Below, piece after piece: positions 62,892 to 64,000 of a stretch of DNA of 64,000 nucleotides. Source of the DNA: an uncultured Verrucomicrobiae bacterium (GTDB lineage Bacteria; Verrucomicrobiota; Verrucomicrobiia; Chthoniobacterales; UBA10450); NCBI GenBank assembly GCA_963772365.1, contig CAVYXA010000003.1:704001-768000 (forward strand), in the 5' to 3' direction. Both the position numbers and the translations under genes were made by a program. Position 1 is the first letter of the stretch, and the number at the start of each line of letters is the position of its first letter. Under the pieces are notes generated by a model that was given only the letters and a program-made list of their open reading frames with translations, did no database searches and was not told where the DNA came from.

Positions 62892-63434
62892 ATGGACGAC
62901 ACAGAAAAGCGCTTAGCCGAATTGAGTCAGCTTGAGACTCTGACGGATGCTGAAATGCAGGAGTTGGTGCGTCTTCGTCCCTTCGGGACATTTAAGACAC
63001 CCCCGAACTTACTGACACTTGGGGTCGTTGACCTCGACCAGGCCTTCCTCAACTACAAGGAAGGAGCGTCGCGATCTAAGCACGCATACAATGCTGGCTG
63101 CTTTATCGAGGTCATTTCGCTACGCTTGCAGCACATCGATTTTTGGCTTCGTAGTTTTTGGGTTGCCCGTAACCATAAGGGAAAGATCTTCGACGCCACG
63201 GACAAACGCACTTTTGGAGTCTTGGTTACCGATTGCGAGAAGCTTGGTTTTGACGCGTCTCTGGTTCAGCGCATGCGTTCATTCAACGTCTCCCGAGTAG
63301 AGAGCATTCACAAATACCTCCTCGGCGCGATCCGCTACGATGACCTCAAACCTGTCTGCGACGCCCACCAGGGACTTGATGCGGATGTCGGTAATTACGT
63401 GCGTGAACAGATCGGAGTTGTATGGACGTTCTAG
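62892..63434 (+). CDS. Cassette 2 protein, probable HEPN-domain RNase
   Basis: Helical; AGCFIEVISL...IDFWLR, TFGVL and an Rx4H motif (FNVSRVESIH). Confidence 0.7.
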   Translation: MDDTEKRLAELSQLETLTDAEMQELVRLRPFGTFKTPPNLLTLGVVDLDQAFLNYKEGASRSKHAYNAGCFIEVISLRLQHIDFWLRSFWVARNHKGKIFDATDKRTFGVLVTDCEKLGFDASLVQRMRSFNVSRVESIHKYLLGAIRYDDLKPVCDAHQGLDADVGNYVREQIGVVWTF

Positions 63435-63450
63435 CTGTACAACCGGAATC

Positions 63451-63573
63451 GTCTAACCATGCAGTCGAGCGAACGGCCACCCGCTGCGCGTTCACGTTTT
63501 GCGCGGCTCGTTCGGTTTTTCTGCCGGCCATGAGCGCTCCCGGTGGCCGTCGCTCACTTTATTCTCGTTAGAT
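63451..63573 (+). repeat. attC site 2 (123 bp)
   Basis: R'' GTCTAAC, AGT[C]GAGCGA[A]CGGCCACC pairing with GGTGGCCGTCGCTCACT, R' GTTAGAT. Confidence 0.93.
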
Positions 63574-63575
63574 CT

Positions 63576-63899
63576 ATGCGAATGCGTTCTCTAGTTCCGC
63601 TAGTCATCGCTGTCGCGCTGATTACCGGCTGCGATCGGTTGTCCCGTCCATCGGAAGCTGAGGTTCGGCAGCTTGCCGACCAGCATTCTCCAAATCATCA
63701 TCCCATTCACCACATTGAATACGGTCGGAGTTTCATCAGTCAGGGCGGCTCGGTAGAACTGAAAGCTGACGCCCCTAAAGGTACGAAAATATTTCCTGTC
63801 GAGCTCTACTTCACGAATGTGAATGGCTACTTCAAGATCGTTGCATGGGTTTTTAAAGATTCTTTTGGCCATTGGAAGTTCGTATTTCCCAATGAATAG
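63576..63899 (+). CDS. Cassette 3 lipoprotein (107 aa)
   Basis: ATG 2 nt after GTTAGAT; MRMRSLVPLVIAVALITGC lipobox; stop abuts ATCTAAC. Confidence 0.8.
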   Translation: MRMRSLVPLVIAVALITGCDRLSRPSEAEVRQLADQHSPNHHPIHHIEYGRSFISQGGSVELKADAPKGTKIFPVELYFTNVNGYFKIVAWVFKDSFGHWKFVFPNE

Positions 63900-64000
63900 A
63901 TCTAACCATGTGATGGAGCGAACCCCGAAAGCATTCGGGGCTGTACGCTTCCACTTTTGAGATGATTTCCACAGTTCCACTTCGCGCGACGCGCGCTACA
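63900..64000 (+). repeat. attC site 3 (partial, cut by the window end)
   Basis: ATCTAAC-CATGT-GATGGAGCGAAC start like attC1 and attC2; complementary to the cassette start GTTAGAT. Confidence 0.8.

Larger units (their letters stand above)
62300..64000 (+). mobile_element. Integron gene-cassette array (3 cassettes visible; no intI in window)
   Basis: Three co-directional ORFs with no promoter evident in their short leaders, each bounded by GTTRRRY and a matching RYYYAAC and followed by an attC. Confidence 0.92.

Noticed and set aside
62750..64000. Repeats as a CRISPR array or REP elements
   Set aside because: Units are 123 bp, separated by whole genes and bounded by matched RYYYAAC/GTTRRRY cores; no cas genes are present.

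Overview
A 64-kb bacterial chromosomal segment, most likely from Verrucomicrobiota (Chthoniobacterales-like). This assignment is inferred from a VPDSG-CTERM-type protein, a short RpoZ and a bS22-like peptide. Most of the window is housekeeping and metabolism: infA, ald, tRNA-Tyr, thpR, smpB, rpoZ, tRNA-Pro, glmS, an M3 peptidase, cfa, sufT, 2-oxoacid dehydrogenase E1a/E1b/E2, smc, queC/queF, carA, an Lhr-like helicase, iaaA and mlaEFD. The main result is at the right end: an integron-type cassette array. It has an attI-like site (62289-62306), a sigma70-like cassette promoter, three gene cassettes (one a likely HEPN Rx4H RNase), two complete 123-bp attC sites and a third cut by the window edge. 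No integrase is present in the window; the position where intI normally lies holds a ~67-aa basic gene. Other notable features are (1) a candidate + strand sRNA with its own promoter and terminator, (2) a 1.8-kb islet captured at the 3' end of an MFS gene, (3) a small defence islet (MTase-nuclease fusion, HEPN-like protein, HicBA), (4) two REP/REPIN-like repeat families, and (5) short palindromes inserted in frame in a gene and inside an attC site. Many genes beyond ~52 kb carry single-base frameshifts, probably sequencing or assembly errors, so coordinates there are approximate.
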